DNA of 64,000 nt from Lytechinus pictus (Eukaryota). The notes under the pieces are model-generated. The model saw only the letters and a program-made list of their open reading frames with translations. It did not search any database and was not told the origin of the DNA. Both the position numbers and the translations under genes were made by a program. Location of the stretch: positions 3,846,001 through 3,910,000 of the forward strand of contig NC_087252.1 in assembly GCF_037042905.1 (NCBI RefSeq), read 5' to 3'. Below are positions 61,344-64,000 of the stretch, piece after piece. The stretch's first letter is position 1, and each line of letters starts with the position of its first letter.

Positions 61344-64000
61344 GTAAGATGATATGTAATTGATGATGCATTGCAGCTTTTACTGTCAGAGCAACGAAAA
61401 GGACTCCAGACCGACCAAATCTATATTACGTTATTTCCTGTGACACGTCCATCGGTCGGTTTGGAATATTTCTTGCCCGTGAGACTGTAGCCTTATTATT
61501 AGCAATTATGCACAACAACAAACAAAATATGTGCTAATTTGTCACTTACAGAGGTTGCAGAATCCAGTGACTGCACTTCAGAGTGCTGATTTTCTAGTTC
61601 AATGTGAATTACTACATAAACAGTACAAGGGGAGGATCCAGGATTTTTCAAAGGGGAGGGGGTACATTTTTCCGAGGAAAAATTTGACAAGCAAAAAAAA
61701 AAGAAAAGGATAAAAAAAGGTTTTTAACCCAAAATTAAGGATATTGAGTCCCCGGAAAAATTAACAAGCAAGGTCGTGCACTTAAAAAAAAGGGGGCACA
61801 CTTCTGTTTTAACGGTATTTTACATTAAACATTTTAATTTTGCTTCTCAAAAGGGGGCACGGGCCGGCTGTGCCCCCCCCCCCCCCCAGTGAACACTAAG
61901 AACTATAAAAGCTTGTCAGTTAAGTGCTTAATTAACACTTCATTTTCTAACGTGTATTTGCTTAATTTTTTTCCATAAATAAAAGTGACACTGCTTGCTG
62001 TACTAATATTTGATATTTTGACATCTAATTTCTTTTTATTTGCTTACTTTTATCAGGATCTCCCTGTCATGTTTCCCCACTTTTACTCGGTAAGTAGGCT
62101 TAAACATTTCATTTTCTAATTCATTTCTTGCTCGATATGTCCAACAAATAATGTCGCAATCGAACCAATGAAACAGACTAAAAAAACGAGTTTGCCCATG
62201 ACATAATGTAATAGTTTTGATCAATCAATCTAGGTTGCGTTTCATCAACTTTTGTCGTCAGACAAGTTGTCGGATCTAGCCACTTTCCTTGATTTTGATT
62301 GGTTGGGTAGAATTGTCACTATGGTAACTGCATATAAAACAAAGTTTATTGGATAAAACGACCGACAAGTTTATTCATAAAATTCTCAACGCAAGCTGTC
62401 GGTTTCGTTGGTGCGACTTTATAACACTCTAAAAAAAACGGTAAAAAGACTAGTTAATTGGGTCAGCTGGGTGCAACTGTTATTCTAGTCATATTTGACT
62501 ATTTTCTAGTCGTATTTTACTAGAACAGAGTTATATCTAACTAGAATACCTATGTCAGAAATGTGACTATAGCAGTTGCACCCAGCTGACTACTTGTCTT
62601 GTCAATTTGACTGATTTGTTGTAAAAGTTTAACGTTATAATTTAGATATTCTACGTCTAAAATGTTATTTCTTCATTTTATTGTGATGTGTGATTTGGCA
62701 TCACGATTATGTTGCAATCAAGTGTCAGTCATGAGTATACTTTTAAAGCAATAAACTTTAATTTCTAAGATTTACTTCTTTGAATGTTGTTATTATTATT
62801 ATTATTATTAAAAATTATTTGTTCATACAAGTCTATATCTCTTTATTTTTTCTATTTATTTCATGCTTATAAAATGGTATGTATCCAATTAATATAATAT
62901 ATGCAGTCTGTACAAACAAATTGCGTCTTCGGATGGAATTCTTCATACCCAGTTATTAGTATCAAACTGAAAATAATTGGACATAGCAATACAACCTACA
63001 TCAGTGGGTTAAGGACCCCAATACCAAGTGACCCATATCAAACTAAATAGCGATAACATCCCCCTAAGGAAATACGTTTTAAGTGCCGTAAGAAATGAGT
63101 AATGTCGGCTGGGCGGCTACGTCTATACTCCCTTTCTGAATTTAAGTTACAGGACAGCTATTGGATGATGATCTATTTAAGTATCGCGAGTAAGAAGGGG
63201 CGTATCTAAGATTGAAAAATACAAGAGCATATATTTATGATAATCAATAAAAATTCGAACAAAAAAAAATCATTTAACCAGATATATGCAAAGACAAGAC
63301 GCGTCCCCTGATGTGTGCCCTGGCTTTTTTCACTATCTTATCCAACTACTGCAAGGTCCAATATCTGGAGGCTTTTCCTTTATGATAATGATTTCTTTAT
63401 AAAATTTGCCACTCTGCTTTTTGATGCAACTCTTCCTCTTGTCGTTTGCTTTGCTGGCTTGTATCATGTCCATGTAGTCGTCAGTTTCAAAGTGACTTTA
63501 ATAACCTGATTCTCCTAATTTAACTCGGGTTAAAATCTATAATGTTTATTAAACATGTTTAAACATTTTTTGACCATAAATATATAGAAATGCTTGATTT
63601 CATCCTCTATATTCAATACCAATGGCAAAAGACGTGTAAAATAATCAACTACAATATACATGTAGGGCCAATATAAACTCTTATTTCATGATCAAATTAT
63701 TCCATGGGTACACCTAGATACACTGAATAAAAATGATAGTGCATGTTAATCCAGACTTTTAATGATAACGTATGATAATTTCACTATTCACACCAAGTTC
63801 ACTAACCTTCATCCATCATTTAATCCATCTCGTCTATTATTTAAAATTCGGCATCAACTAATTTTTATCACATTTACTTCTTATTACAATTACAAATTAC
63901 AATTCATTATATTACTTTTTTTTTCTTCCACCAAATTGATTATTAAGCCTATACACAAATCTCCGAAATTAATAATGATAATTTTATTCTGCTGATGTTG

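Overview
AT-rich, repeat-dense animal genomic DNA. The repeat style suggests an echinoderm such as a sea urchin, but that is inference. (1) 1-16.4 kb, minus strand: five tandem C2H2 zinc-finger blocks, each starting right after a near-identical phase-1 splice acceptor. A single upstream exon rich in psi-K-x-E motifs (25919-26524) ends in a phase-1 donor. The best model is one constant N-terminal exon spliced to alternative, shuffled zinc-finger 3' exons, not five intronless genes. (2) 16.4-32 kb: intronic/intergenic DNA with a 5'-truncated L2-clade LINE, several MITEs, a 1.7-kb foldback element and a SINE whose head resembles the 5' end of 7SL RNA. (3) 32.5-50.5 kb: about 18 kb of adjacent and nested DNA transposons inserted in a ~16-bp target. 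These include a KolobokP-type element with 466-bp long direct repeats, a CTAA TSD, a His-Me finger nuclease ORF and a frameshifted DDE transposase; its right repeat is split by an 8-kb element with a 7-bp TSD. (4) 55.7-61.3 kb, plus strand: six exons of a secreted or cell-surface multi-Ig-domain gene (lachesin/IgLON-like layout) whose later exons were not found in the window. All comparisons were made by eye; no database searches were run.
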